Shown: positions 39,984 to 52,408 of the stretch, piece after piece
Layout: each line of letters starts with the position of its first letter
Numbering within the stretch: position 1 is the stretch's first letter
NCBI GenBank assembly: GCA_963815115.1
Contig: CAWFFN010000008.1
Span: 384,001-448,000 of the forward strand
Direction: 5' to 3'
DNA: 64,000 nt
From: an uncultured delta proteobacterium
GTDB taxonomy: Bacteria > Desulfobacterota > Binatia > DP-6
Made by a program: the position numbers and the translations under genes
Notes under the pieces: generated by a model
What the model was told of the DNA's origin: nothing
Seen by the model: only the letters and a program-made list of their open reading frames with translations
Databases searched by the model: none

Positions 39984-40935
39984 GCGACTCGGTGACGTCG
40001 ATCCGCTCGCGGATCAGGAATGGCGGGCGATTCTTCGACTGCTCGTAGATGCGGCCGACGTACTCGCCCATGATGCCGAGGCAGAAGAGGTTCAAGCAGC
40101 CGAAGGTGATGATCGACACCTGCATCGCCATCCAGCCGCGCGGCATGGCAACGTCATGGGTGTACCACTGGACGAAGGCGATCAGGACGTACACCACGAA
40201 GGGGATCGTGCTCAGCACGCCCACCCAGTAGAACAGGCGCAGCGGGAACGTGCTGAAGGAGACGATCCCGCCGACGGCGAGCCGTACCATCCGGAAGAGG
40301 GAGTACTTCGTCCGGCCGGCGGGGCGCGGCTGGCGACGGTACTCCACCACCGCGGTGCGGTAGCCGAGCCACCCGACCATGCCCCGGATGTAGCGGTGGA
40401 CCTCGTGCAGCGCATTGAGGGCGTCCACCGCCCGCCGGCTCATGAGGCGGAAGTCGCCGGCGTCGCGCGGCGCATTGGTCTCGCCGATCCGCCGGAACAT
40501 CCGGTAGAAGGCGTCCGCCGACCAGCGCTTGAACCAGCCCTCGCCCTGGCGCTGCGTGCGCACGGCGTAGACCACGTCCGCGCCACCCCGCCAGGCGTCG
40601 AGCAGGTCGAGGACGACGTCGGGCGGATCCTGCAGGTCGGCGTCGAGGGTGACGACCGCGTCGCCCCGCGCAAGCTGGTAGCCACACGTCAGCGCCGCCT
40701 GATGACCGAAGTTGCGGCTGAACGAGATGGCCCGAACACGCGGATCGGCCTGGGCGAAGTCGAGGATCGCGAGCCAGCTGCGGTCGGAGCTGCCGTCGTC
40801 CACCAGCAGGGCCTCGACGCTCAGGCCGCGCTCCCGCTCGATGCGGTCGGCGACCCGCACCAGCTCCTCGCGCAGGAGCGGGAGGCATTCCTCTTCGTTG
40901 AAGATGGGGACGACGAGCGAGACCAGCTCGGGCAT
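39961..40935 (-). CDS. GT2 glycosyltransferase (GtrB/ArnC-like polyprenol-phosphate GT)
   Basis: VDDGSSD, SRNFGHQ, DADLQDPP, two C-terminal TM segments. Confidence 0.92.
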   Translation of the reverse strand: MPELVSLVVPIFNEEECLPLLREELVRVADRIERERGLSVEALLVDDGSSDRSWLAILDFAQADPRVRAISFSRNFGHQAALTCGYQLARGDAVVTLDADLQDPPDVVLDLLDAWRGGADVVYAVRTQRQGEGWFKRWSADAFYRMFRRIGETNAPRDAGDFRLMSRRAVDALNALHEVHRYIRGMVGWLGYRTAVVEYRRQPRPAGRTKYSLFRMVRLAVGGIVSFSTFPLRLFYWVGVLSTIPFVVYVLIAFVQWYTHDVAMPRGWMAMQVSIITFGCLNLFCLGIMGEYVGRIYEQSKNRPPFLIRERIDVTESHAHASSR

Positions 40936-40959
40936 CGGTAGCGGCCTCCCGCGACCGCC

Positions 40960-41178
40960 TCAGCCACCGCGAAAGACGATCAGCCCGTGGCTCGGATCGT
41001 AGGGAGACACCGCGATGGTGACGCGGTCTCCGGGGATCACCCGGATGTGGTACCGCCGCATGCGGCCGCCGATCTTGGCGAGGAACTCCATGCCGTTGTC
41101 GCCCTTCACACGGTAGTTCCCGCCGGCGAGCGCCTCGACGATGGTACCTTTTATCTGGATGAGATCATCGCGAGCCAA
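40960..41178 (-). CDS. infA: Translation initiation factor IF-1 (divergent)
   Basis: GTIVEAL..LAKIGGRMR..IRVIPGDRVTIAVSPYD..GLIVFR. Confidence 0.88.
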   Translation of the reverse strand: MARDDLIQIKGTIVEALAGGNYRVKGDNGMEFLAKIGGRMRRYHIRVIPGDRVTIAVSPYDPSHGLIVFRGG

Positions 41179-41217
41179 GGGCGCTCCTGGTAACACAGGG
41201 CCGGAAGCGGGGCAACG

Positions 41218-42126
41218 CTACGCGAGGCCGAGCTTCGTCTTGCCCTCCTCGCTGATGCGCGTGGGATGCCAGGGCGGGTCGAAGACCACGTCGACGGAGA
41301 CGTTGGGCTGGCCGAGCTCGGCGACCCGACGCCGGACGTCCTCGGGAATCTGGCGCGCGGAGGGGCAGCCCTCCGACGTGAGCGTCATGCGGATCGCGAT
41401 TTTCTCCGGCTCGATGTCGATGCCATAGATCAGGCCCAGGTCGTAGATGTTGATGGGGATCTCCGGGTCGTAGCACTCCCGGATCGCCGCCACGACCTGC
41501 GCCTCCTGTACCGCGCCGCCGCGATAGGTCACCGCCGTGCCCGTGGCGCCGGGCTGCGGCGCCGCCGGGGGTGCCGCGCCGCTCTCGTCGCGCTCGCGCG
41601 GCCCCGCCCAGGCGTGCATGCCGCCCGCGAGATTGAGCATGCGCGTCCAGCCGCGCTCCGCGAGGACCTCGCATGCGGCGGTGCTGCGACCCCCGGCGGC
41701 ACAGGTCACGAGCAGCGTCCGGTCGCGCGGAGGAAGCTCGCCGAGGCGATCCTCCAGCTCGTCGACCGGGATCGAGTGCGCGCCGGGGATGTGTCCGGCG
41801 GCGAACTCCGCCGGCGTCCGGACGTCGAGCACGTAGAGGGCGGGCTGCTGCTGCACGAGCACGAGCGCCGGCGCCGGCTCGATGCTGCGGTAGGCCGCGC
41901 CGCGCAGGACGACGTCGCGGGGCGGCGGCTCGCCCGCCGCGAGGTCTGCGAGGTGCATGCGGGTGACCGCGAGGCCGCGCTCGAGCTGCGACCGGCCGTC
42001 CTCCTGCTGGCGACGGAACGAGCGGACCTCCGCCAGCTGGCGCTCCGCGGCGCCGAGGCGTTGCGTGAGCTGCCACACCACGACGGCCAGGATCGCGAGG
42101 GCGAGGCACCCGAGGGCGATGAGCAT
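41218..42126 (-). CDS. Membrane-anchored rhodanese + DUF59 (SufT-like Fe-S assembly) fusion
   Basis: N-terminal TM; LDVR..GHIPGA, CAAGGRS; YDPEIPINIYDLGLIY, MTLTSEGCP, PPW. Confidence 0.85.
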   Translation of the reverse strand: MLIALGCLALAILAVVVWQLTQRLGAAERQLAEVRSFRRQQEDGRSQLERGLAVTRMHLADLAAGEPPPRDVVLRGAAYRSIEPAPALVLVQQQPALYVLDVRTPAEFAAGHIPGAHSIPVDELEDRLGELPPRDRTLLVTCAAGGRSTAACEVLAERGWTRMLNLAGGMHAWAGPRERDESGAAPPAAPQPGATGTAVTYRGGAVQEAQVVAAIRECYDPEIPINIYDLGLIYGIDIEPEKIAIRMTLTSEGCPSARQIPEDVRRRVAELGQPNVSVDVVFDPPWHPTRISEEGKTKLGLA

Positions 42127-42178
42127 GGACGCATCTTAGCGTTGACTCCCCGCACGCGCCATGCGCATCCCGTGGGGC

Positions 42179-43165
42179 ATGCGCGCGATCCTCGTGCGGG
42201 AGCCGGGAGACGAGAGCGTGCTCACCCTCGGCGACGCCCCGGCGCCCGTCCTCGGTCCGGCCGATCTGCGCATCCGGGTCCGGGCCACGGCGGTGAACCG
42301 GGCCGACCTGATGCAGCGCCAGGGATTCTACCCGCCGCCACCCGGCGCCTCGCCCATCCTCGGGCTGGAGTGTGCCGGAGAGGTGATCGAGGTCGGGCCG
42401 GAGGCGCACCGCTTCCGCGTCGGTGAGCGCGCCATGGCGTTGCTGGCCGGCGGCGGGTACGCCGAGGAGGTGTGCGTCGATCACGGCTCGGTTCTCCCCG
42501 TGCCGGACGGCATGAGCGACGAGGAGGCAGGCGCGTTCCCCGAGGTGTTCTTCACCGCGTTCTCGAACCTCTTCCTCCCCGGCCTCGGCGCCCTCGCGGC
42601 GGGCGAGAGCGCCCTGGTGCACGGCGGCGGCGGCGGGGTCGGCACCGCGGCGATCCTCCTGCTGCGCGAGGCGAGGCACCGCTGCATCGTCACCGTGGGG
42701 AGCGCCGAGAAGGCGCGGCGCTGCCTCGCGCTCGGGGCCAGCGAAGCGATCGACTACCGCACCGAGGACTTCGCCGACCGCGTCGGCACGCTGACGGACG
42801 GCCGCGGGGTGAACGTGATCCTCGACCACATCGGCGGCCGCTACCTGGCGCAGAACCTCTCCGCGCTGGCCATCGGCGGGCGTCTGGTCGAGATCGGCCT
42901 CATGGGGGGCGCCCAGGCCGAGATCAGTCTCGCGCTCCTCCTCTCGCGCCGGCTCGCCGTCATCGGCTCGACCCTGCGGGGCCGCTCGGTGGCCGAGAAG
43001 GGCGCCATCGTGCACGCCTTCCGCGATCGCTTCGGCGACGCGCTCGCCGCGGGCCGGCTGCGCCCGGTCGTCCATGCCGTCCTGCCGCTGGCAGAGGCCG
43101 CCGAGGCGCACCGCCTGATGAAGGCGAGCGACCACTTCGGCAAGATCGTGCTCCGGGTTGGTTGA
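42179..43165 (+). CDS. NAD(P)H-quinone oxidoreductase (PIG3/zeta-crystallin family)
   Basis: VNRADLMQRQG, HGGGGGVG, GSTLR, HFGKIVL. Confidence 0.92.
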   Translation: MRAILVREPGDESVLTLGDAPAPVLGPADLRIRVRATAVNRADLMQRQGFYPPPPGASPILGLECAGEVIEVGPEAHRFRVGERAMALLAGGGYAEEVCVDHGSVLPVPDGMSDEEAGAFPEVFFTAFSNLFLPGLGALAAGESALVHGGGGGVGTAAILLLREARHRCIVTVGSAEKARRCLALGASEAIDYRTEDFADRVGTLTDGRGVNVILDHIGGRYLAQNLSALAIGGRLVEIGLMGGAQAEISLALLLSRRLAVIGSTLRGRSVAEKGAIVHAFRDRFGDALAAGRLRPVVHAVLPLAEAAEAHRLMKASDHFGKIVLRVG

Positions 43166-43226
43166 CTCGCCCGGGCCGCGCTATACCTCGCGTCCGCTGT
43201 CCACGACTGGCGAGGAGACGACGACG

Positions 43227-43604
43227 ATGGCCGACTCGACCGACTTGATGGCGCAGGGGCGCGAGATCGCCGGCAAGCTCTGGGGCGCACGCGCCGGCGG
43301 GCAGGAGCTGCCGGCGCAGCGCCTCGCTCCCGAATTCTTCGCCCTGGTGACGCAGTTCGTGTTCGGGGGCTTCTGGGCTCGCCCGAACCTCGACCTGCGC
43401 AGCCGGAGCCTGTGCACCGTCGCCCAGCTCGCCGCGCTCGGCAAGATCGACGAGCTGAAGGCCCATCTCCACGGCGCGCTCAACCTCGGCATCCGGCGCG
43501 AGGAGCTGATCGAGGTGCTGATGCAGACGGCCTGCTACGGCGGCGTGCCGGCGGCGGTGCAGGCGCTGAACGCCGCCGCCGACGTGCTCGCGCCCCGGAG
43601 CTGA
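43227..43604 (+). CDS. Carboxymuconolactone decarboxylase-family protein
   Basis: FGGFWARPNLD..RSLCTVA..HLHGALNLG..YGGVP. Confidence 0.88.
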   Translation: MADSTDLMAQGREIAGKLWGARAGGQELPAQRLAPEFFALVTQFVFGGFWARPNLDLRSRSLCTVAQLAALGKIDELKAHLHGALNLGIRREELIEVLMQTACYGGVPAAVQALNAAADVLAPRS

Positions 43605-44547
43605 GCGACGCGCGGCCGCTTCGCTCCCTCGCCCACCGGCGACCTGCACCTCGGCTCGGCGGCCACGGCGCTGGTGGCGTGGCTGTCGGCTCGCGCGACC
43701 GGGAGCGGCCTGGTCCTGCGCGTCGAGGACCTCGACGTGCCGCGCGCAGTGGCGGGCGCGGAGGCGCGGCAGCTCGACGATCTGCGCTGGCTCGGGCTCG
43801 ACTGGGACGAAGGCCCCGACGTCGGCGGCCCTGCTGGACCGTACCGGCAGTCGGAGCGCACGGCGCGCTACGAGACGGCGCTCGAGACCCTGGCCCGCCG
43901 GGATCTCCTCTATCTGGTGCGACTGCTCGCGCGCCGAGATCGCCCGGATCGCCAGCGCGCCGCATCCCGGCGACGAGGGCCCGCGCTATCCCGGAACCTG
44001 CCGCGACCTCGGCATGCGACCCCGGGCCTGGAGGCGCCCGCCCGCGCTGCGGCTCCGGGTTCCCGAGCGGACCATCGCGGTCGAGGACGCGCTCCAGGGT
44101 CGGGTTTGCCAGGACGTCGCCGCCGTGGTCGGCGACTTCGTGCTGCGCCGGGGCGACGGCGTGTTCGCCTACCAGCTCGCCGTCGTGGTGGACGACCTCG
44201 CCATGGGCGTCGCCGAGGTGGTTCGCGGGGCCGACCTGCTCGGATCGACGCCGCGGCAGGTGCTTCTCGCCGAGCTCCTCGGCGGCACCCCGCCGCGCTA
44301 CGCGCACGTCCCGCTGGTCCTGGCAGCGGACGGCAGCCGGCTCGCCAAGCGCGACGCCGGCAGCACGCTGCGGGAGCAGCGCGACGGGGGCGTCGAACCG
44401 GACGCGCTAGTTGTGGGGCTGGCGAAGCTGCTGGGACTCGGATCTCCCCGCTCGCCCGCCGACCTTCTCGCCTCGTTCGACCGCACGCGGCTCGCGGGCC
44501 GCATGACCGTGCGCCTGCCCGACCGCGGCCGCGTGGCGAGCGGCTGA
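43605..44547 (+). CDS. gluQ: Glutamyl-Q tRNA(Asp) synthetase (apparent indels at start and ~43917)
   Basis: [41 protein letters not shown] across two frames. Confidence 0.88.
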
Positions 44548-45207
44548 GCGGCGCATCATGCGGCGGCCGACCGCGACCCCGATCGCGATCAGCGCGACCA
44601 GCACCGCCGCCGGACCGATCACCTCGAGCGTCAGCAGCTCGCTCGACGAGCCCGCATCCGAGATCCGGTCGGCGAGGAACACGGTCAGGCCGATCCCGGG
44701 CAGTATCCCGATCCCGGTCCCGACGACGTAGTCTCGCATCCGGACGCGGCTCGCACCGAGCGACCAGTTGAGCGGCGGCCCGAGAAACAGCACGAGCCGC
44801 AGCAGGACCACCGTCACGACGCCGTGGCGTTCGAGCCGATCGTCGAGCGCCCGGATGCGCGGGAAGCGGTCGTGCAGCGCGCGCTGCGCCCAGCCCTGCG
44901 CGCTGTAGCGCACCAGCACGAAGGGCGCGGCGGTGCCGAGGATGCACGCGATCCAGGAGTATACGAAGCCCCAGAAGGTCCCGAAGAGGACGCCGCCGAA
45001 CGCGACCAGGACGATCTCCGGCCCGGGCAGGAAGAAGCCCGCGATGAAGATGCCGATGAACACCAGCGGCCCGAGCGGACCGGCGCTGTCGACCAGCGCC
45101 CGCATCCGGTCGATGCTGAGATGGTCCCAGACGTGGAGGCGCCGCATCGCGACCACCACCGCCGTGATGGCGATCGTGACCAGCACGGCTCGCAGCAGGC
45201 GGGGCAT
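44407..45207 (-). CDS. TVP38/TMEM64 (VTT/DedA) membrane protein
   Basis: [29 protein letters not shown]. Confidence 0.85.
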   Translation of the reverse strand: MPRLLRAVLVTIAITAVVVAMRRLHVWDHLSIDRMRALVDSAGPLGPLVFIGIFIAGFFLPGPEIVLVAFGGVLFGTFWGFVYSWIACILGTAAPFVLVRYSAQGWAQRALHDRFPRIRALDDRLERHGVVTVVLLRLVLFLGPPLNWSLGASRVRMRDYVVGTGIGILPGIGLTVFLADRISDAGSSSELLTLEVIGPAAVLVALIAIGVAVGRRMMRRSAARHAAAVGQAHGHAAREPRAVERGEKVGGRAGRSESQQLRQPHN

Positions 45208-45228
45208 CGAGAACGATCGGACGCCGGG

Positions 45229-46131
45229 TCAGCTCCGCGCCGGCGCGAGTCGCAGCTTCACCTGCGCCTGGCGCTCGATCAGCTCGACCAGGTCGGTGAA
45301 GTCGCGGTCGCCGAGGCCGGCGCCGACGGCCGCCACCAGCGACTGCGCCACCTGCGCGGCCACCGGCACGGGCACGCCGGCCTCGCGCGCCACCTCGAGC
45401 AGCAGGCCGGCGTCCTTGGCGGCCAGCGCGAGGGCGAACATGGTCGGCCGGCCACGCTCGTTGATGCCCTCGACCATGCGATCCGTGAAGAAGTTGCCGG
45501 CTCCCCCGGCGCGCACGACGTCGATCATCGTCCGCAGGTCGATGCCCGCCTTGGTCGCGACGGCCAGCACCTCGAGCGAGGCGCAGGCCGAGGTGAAGGC
45601 GAGCAGGCTGTTCACCAGCTTGGCCGTGTTGCCGTAGCCGAGGGGCCCGAGGTGGAAGGTGGCGCGCGACAGCGATTCCAGCAGCGGCTTGCAGCGCTCG
45701 AAGACCGCCGCGTCGCCGCCGACCATGAAGACCAGCGCTCGCGCCTGCGCTCCCGGCGTGCCTCCCGTGAGAGGCGCCTCCAGCAGATGGCAGCCCGCGC
45801 CCGCGAGCCGCGCCCCCAGCACCCGCACCGTCGCCGGAGAGTTGGTGCTGAGGTCGACCAGCACCGACCCGGGTGCCGCCCCTTCGAGCCACTCGGCGGC
45901 CACCGCTTCCACCACCGCGGGCGTCGGCAGCGAGGTGAAGGTGACGTCGCTGCGGTCGGCGACCCGGGTGGGAGAGTCGACCGCGCGCGCGCCGATCCCG
46001 ATCAGCGGCCGCAGCCGGCCCTGGTCGGTGTCGTGGACGCTGACCCGGTGGCCGTCCTGGACGAGGTTGGTGGCAATCGCGCTGCCGATGTTGCCGCATC
46101 CGATCACGCCGACACGCTGGCCGCTGCTCAT
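45229..46131 (-). CDS. 3-hydroxyisobutyrate dehydrogenase-family oxidoreductase
   Basis: GCGNIG, DLSTNSP, APLTGG, AKLVN, KD. Confidence 0.9.
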   Translation of the reverse strand: MSSGQRVGVIGCGNIGSAIATNLVQDGHRVSVHDTDQGRLRPLIGIGARAVDSPTRVADRSDVTFTSLPTPAVVEAVAAEWLEGAAPGSVLVDLSTNSPATVRVLGARLAGAGCHLLEAPLTGGTPGAQARALVFMVGGDAAVFERCKPLLESLSRATFHLGPLGYGNTAKLVNSLLAFTSACASLEVLAVATKAGIDLRTMIDVVRAGGAGNFFTDRMVEGINERGRPTMFALALAAKDAGLLLEVAREAGVPVPVAAQVAQSLVAAVGAGLGDRDFTDLVELIERQAQVKLRLAPARS

Positions 46132-46168
46132 CGGGCCTCCTGCTCTCGCCGGCGGTCTCGCCTTTCGG

Positions 46169-46936
46169 TCACTTGGGTCCCATGCGGATGGCGCCGTCCA
46201 GACGGATGGTCTCGCCATTCAGCATGACGTTCTCGAGGACGTGGCGGACGAGCGATGCATACTCGCTCGGGCGACCGAGCCGGGACGGGAACGGGATCTG
46301 CGCGGCGAGTGCCTGACGCACCGGCTCCGGGGCCATGGCCAGCATCGGCGTGTCGAAGGTCCCGGGCGCGATGGTGACGACGCGGATGCCGATGGACGCG
46401 AGGTCGCGCGCGATCGGCAGCGTCATGCCGACCACGCCACCCTTGGAGGCCGAATAGGCTGCCTGGCCGATCTGACCATCGTAGGCCGCCACCGAGGCGG
46501 TGTTGACCACGACGCCGCGCTCGCCCTCCGCGGTCGGGGTGTTCTTCGCCATCTGCGACGCCGCGAGACGGATCACGTTGAACGTGCCGATGAGATTCAC
46601 CTGGATGACCTTGGCGAAGAGATCGAGCGGATGCGCTCCGTCGCGCGTGATCGTGCGCATGGCCACGCCGACTCCCGCGCAGTTGACGGCGACGTTCAGG
46701 GTGCCGAAGCGTTCGACCGTCCGCTCGACGGCGGCTCGCACCTGCTCCTCCTCGGTCACGTCGGCAGCGGAGAACGCCGCCCCTTCTCCCAGCTCGCTCG
46801 CGAGGGCTTCGCCGGCGGAGCCCGTGCGGTCGAGGATCATCGCCCTGCCGCCGCCGCCGACGATGAGCCGGACGGTCGCCTCGCCGAGCCCCGAGGCGCC
46901 ACCGGTGACCAGGGCCACGCTGTCGGCGACGTGCAT
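46169..46936 (-). CDS. 3-hydroxyacyl-CoA dehydrogenase type II (SDR)
   Basis: [34 protein letters not shown]. Confidence 0.92.
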   Translation of the reverse strand: MHVADSVALVTGGASGLGEATVRLIVGGGGRAMILDRTGSAGEALASELGEGAAFSAADVTEEEQVRAAVERTVERFGTLNVAVNCAGVGVAMRTITRDGAHPLDLFAKVIQVNLIGTFNVIRLAASQMAKNTPTAEGERGVVVNTASVAAYDGQIGQAAYSASKGGVVGMTLPIARDLASIGIRVVTIAPGTFDTPMLAMAPEPVRQALAAQIPFPSRLGRPSEYASLVRHVLENVMLNGETIRLDGAIRMGPK

Positions 46937-47108
46937 GGCCGGTTGTCATACCGTCCGGTGCCGGCGAGTGCCAGCGTACCGGCGACCACGTCGAGCCCCT
47001 CGCAGCTCGAGCGGACGCGCTTTCCACACCTGGCGCCCTGGGATAGCGGTGAGAACGGTCCCGCCCATCCGCAGATTCCGAGCGCGGGGTCCTGGATCAG
47101 GAGAACCC

Positions 47109-48614
47109 ATGCACCGATGTTCCGTCGCCGTCCGTGTCGCGATTCTCGCCATGCTCGCCGTCCTGTCCAACCCTGCCAGAGCGCAAGTGCCGGGCGGGGG
47201 CCCGGCGAAGACCGACTGCTACGTCGAGTGGTCCGGCGTCACGCCGAACAACGGCAAGAACCTCGACTGCCAGGACGGCGATCCGGCATGCGACGTCGAT
47301 CAGACACAGAACGGCCTCTGCGTGCTGGGGATCGGCGTCTGCGTGGCGCAGACGAACGTCCCGGAATGCGTGCCGCAGACCATCGAGAAGGTGACGGTCA
47401 AGGCGCAGCCGAAGACGATCAAGTTTGGCTCGGTTCCGATCCCGGTCACCCCGCCGGTGCCGCCGCTGACGCCGGTCACCAGCCCGACCTGCTCCGCCGA
47501 GAGCATCATTCGGCTTCCCCTGAAGGTGAACAAGAAGGGCAAGGTGAACCCGTCGGTGAAGGTGACGCTCACCTCCGTGGCCGTCGCCGGTGCGAAACCC
47601 AAGAAGGACAAGGACGTCATCAAGGTCCGCTGCGTCCCCAACACCGGCGGCGGGGAATGCTTGCCGAACCCCGCAGGCGGCCCCCGCGAGCTCCGGCTCG
47701 TCGCCGCGGCCGCCGGCACCGATCTCGACAACGGGTGGACCGGCACCAGCCAGAACTTCCCCGTGGTATCGAACTCGGAGCTCCGGGTGTGCCTCACAGG
47801 CTGTGGAGCGACCGCGAACCCGCAGTGTGCGGAGGACGAGGCACAGACGACCGCGGTCAACGGCGCGACGTTCGGCGCGCCGCTGCCGCTCTTTGCCGCC
47901 GGCATTCCCGTCTGCGTCGTCAACAGCTTCGCGACGAGCAAGATCACCGGGTTCACCGCGGACATCGCCACCGGCGCCGCCGGAGGCTCCGTGAATCTGC
48001 TGTCCAGGGTCTTTCTCACCGGCGCCACGCAGGTGTGTCCGCGCTGCTCGGGAAACAGCGTCGGGGACGCCGGGACGTGCGACTCCGGAGGAAGGCAAGG
48101 CAGGGCGTGCACCACCACCGGCATCGTGCCGGTCTCCGGCGTCGTCTACACGCTGTCCCCCGACTGCCCGCCCCCGGGAACCCCCGCGGGGACCATCCCC
48201 ATCAATCTGCCCGTCACCACGGCGACGTCGACCCTGACGGGGTCACCGCCCTGTCCCGGGCAGACTGCGGTGAGCGCCGCCGGCTGCGGAAGCTGCGGCA
48301 CCACATGCACGGGTGCGGCATGCGCCAGCACCACGCCGGCGGGACAATGCATCGACGTCAAGGGCGGCCTCAGCCAGAACTGCTGCGCGAACGACACCTC
48401 GACGCCGTGCTTCCCATCACCCATCGTACGCACGGGCTCCACCGCCGCCCCGACGCCGCCGTTTCCCGATCCCACCTACCCGAAGACCGGGGACGCGACG
48501 TTCGTCGCTGCCTACTGCGAAGCGACGTCGGGCTCGTCGACCGTCGACCAGGTCACGGGACTTCCCGGTCCGGGCGCGCTCGTGCTCCCGGTGGCGGCGA
48601 CGTGGATTCAATGA
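47109..48614 (+). CDS. Secreted Cys-rich hypothetical protein
   Basis: AGGAG RBS, signal peptide ARA-Q, VPGGG..DC..CQDGDPACD domain, many cysteines. Confidence 0.8.
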   Translation: MHRCSVAVRVAILAMLAVLSNPARAQVPGGGPAKTDCYVEWSGVTPNNGKNLDCQDGDPACDVDQTQNGLCVLGIGVCVAQTNVPECVPQTIEKVTVKAQPKTIKFGSVPIPVTPPVPPLTPVTSPTCSAESIIRLPLKVNKKGKVNPSVKVTLTSVAVAGAKPKKDKDVIKVRCVPNTGGGECLPNPAGGPRELRLVAAAAGTDLDNGWTGTSQNFPVVSNSELRVCLTGCGATANPQCAEDEAQTTAVNGATFGAPLPLFAAGIPVCVVNSFATSKITGFTADIATGAAGGSVNLLSRVFLTGATQVCPRCSGNSVGDAGTCDSGGRQGRACTTTGIVPVSGVVYTLSPDCPPPGTPAGTIPINLPVTTATSTLTGSPPCPGQTAVSAAGCGSCGTTCTGAACASTTPAGQCIDVKGGLSQNCCANDTSTPCFPSPIVRTGSTAAPTPPFPDPTYPKTGDATFVAAYCEATSGSSTVDQVTGLPGPGALVLPVAATWIQ

Positions 48615-48696
48615 CCGGCGCGTAGCTGGCGGGCCGGCCGCGCACGGACCGTCTCGGGCTTGCACCGGCGGCCCCGGGAACGCCAGAGTGGCCTCG

Positions 48697-49722
48697 ATGC
48701 ACCTCGACCTCCGCGGCCATCCCCTGCACACGCGGTCCCTGTCGATCACGCTGATCCAGCGAGCCGACGGACGCCTCGACGTGCACGGCGAGCTGGTCGA
48801 CCTGCGCAAGCGCGGCTTCGTTCCCGTCGCCGGCGATCTCCAACCCTCGGGCGTCGTGCACCACATGCTCCTCGACGGCGAGGTCGATCCGCGCACGGCG
48901 ACCCTCGATGCCATCGCGCTGCGCCAGCCGTCGGTGGCCTTCGAGGCGTCGGCGGTCACCGGCGGGGAGAGCTGCCGGGATCCGGCCGATCGCATCCACG
49001 CTCTCGCCGGCGTCCGGCTCGACGACGGCTTCGCCCGCCGCCTCGGGGCCGAGATCGGCGGCCCGCGCGGCTGCTCGCACGTTCTCACGCTCGGGCATCT
49101 GCTCGGTAGCACCGTGGCCTGGGCCCTGGCGCGGGATCACGAGCGCTTCGGCGAGCGACCGGGGCGCCGCGCCGGCGAGCGCGTGCTGCGGCGCGACGTC
49201 GTCGTCGACGGGGTCGAGACGGCGGAGGGCGGCGTCGCGCTCGGGCTCCAGCTCACCGACCTGCACGGCGCGCCCGCACCCGCGCTGGCACGGCCGATGG
49301 ATCGCTTTGCGGCCTCGCTCGAGATGCGCGGGCTGGCCGTCGTCGATCTGGGGCGCTACGCCTTCGGCCCCGTGCAGCTCGCCGAGCGGCGGCGCGCCGC
49401 CGCAGACGCGGACACCGGCTGGCGCGGGCGCCACGACCTCGCCGGGCGCCTGCCCGGCCTGTCGCTGGCCCGCGGCGTCAGCGCGGCGCTGCGCGAGGGG
49501 GTCGGAGACGAGCCGTCGGATCGGCCGTGGCAGGATGGCCTGCAGATGCTGGCCCCGGCGTTGATCCAGGTCTTTGCGGCCCTCTCAGACGCCTGGGCTG
49601 GACGGGCGTTGCGCGAGAACTGGCTGGTGGGTCTGGGCGGACAGCCGGACTCCTGCTGGATGTGGCGCCGCGGCGGTGCACTCGCGGCCGCCCGGACACC
49701 CGAGGACCCCGACTCCGCCTGA
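48697..49722 (+). CDS. DUF2889-domain protein
   Basis: LHTR..G.L.D, HHM, GGPRGCSH, DSCW. Confidence 0.7.
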   Translation: MHLDLRGHPLHTRSLSITLIQRADGRLDVHGELVDLRKRGFVPVAGDLQPSGVVHHMLLDGEVDPRTATLDAIALRQPSVAFEASAVTGGESCRDPADRIHALAGVRLDDGFARRLGAEIGGPRGCSHVLTLGHLLGSTVAWALARDHERFGERPGRRAGERVLRRDVVVDGVETAEGGVALGLQLTDLHGAPAPALARPMDRFAASLEMRGLAVVDLGRYAFGPVQLAERRRAAADADTGWRGRHDLAGRLPGLSLARGVSAALREGVGDEPSDRPWQDGLQMLAPALIQVFAALSDAWAGRALRENWLVGLGGQPDSCWMWRRGGALAAARTPEDPDSA

Positions 49723-49765
49723 GGCCGTTTGCCGGAGCGTCGCGTTCGGGCTTAAATCCCACCCG

Positions 49766-50086
49766 ATGGCCGAGCGCCGCGAGCAGGGCGACGTCCGGGT
49801 GATCGAGCGCACCGAGACCCAGAAGAAGGTCGACCGCCCGCGCCGCTACAAGGTGCTGCTGCACAACGACGACTACACCACGATGGAGTTCGTCGTCTGG
49901 GTGCTGCAGGCGGTCTTCAATCACGACGAGACCACCGCCACCGAGATCATGCTGCACGTCCACCGCACCGGGATCGGCGTCGCGGGTGTCTATCCGCGTG
50001 ACGTCGCCGAGACGCGGGTCGCCCAGGTCGAGACCCTGGCACGCGAGCACGAGTTTCCGCTGCGGTGCACGACGGAGGAGGGCTAG
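49766..50086 (+). CDS. clpS: ATP-dependent Clp protease adaptor
   Basis: YKVLLHNDDYTTMEFV, MLHVH..G, FPLRC. Confidence 0.95.
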   Translation: MAERREQGDVRVIERTETQKKVDRPRRYKVLLHNDDYTTMEFVVWVLQAVFNHDETTATEIMLHVHRTGIGVAGVYPRDVAETRVAQVETLAREHEFPLRCTTEEG

Positions 50087-50087
50087 C

Positions 50088-52358
<2,271 letters not shown>

Positions 52359-52408
52359 GCCGCCAGATCGACGCCTGGTCCGGGCTCGGGGGCGGCGCCG
52401 TGCGGCCG

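Noticed and set aside
43227-44547. TGA read-through or selenocysteine fusion of the CMD gene with gluQ
   Set aside because: gluQ is in frame after the TGA, but a one-base indel explains this more simply, and gluQ has a second indel
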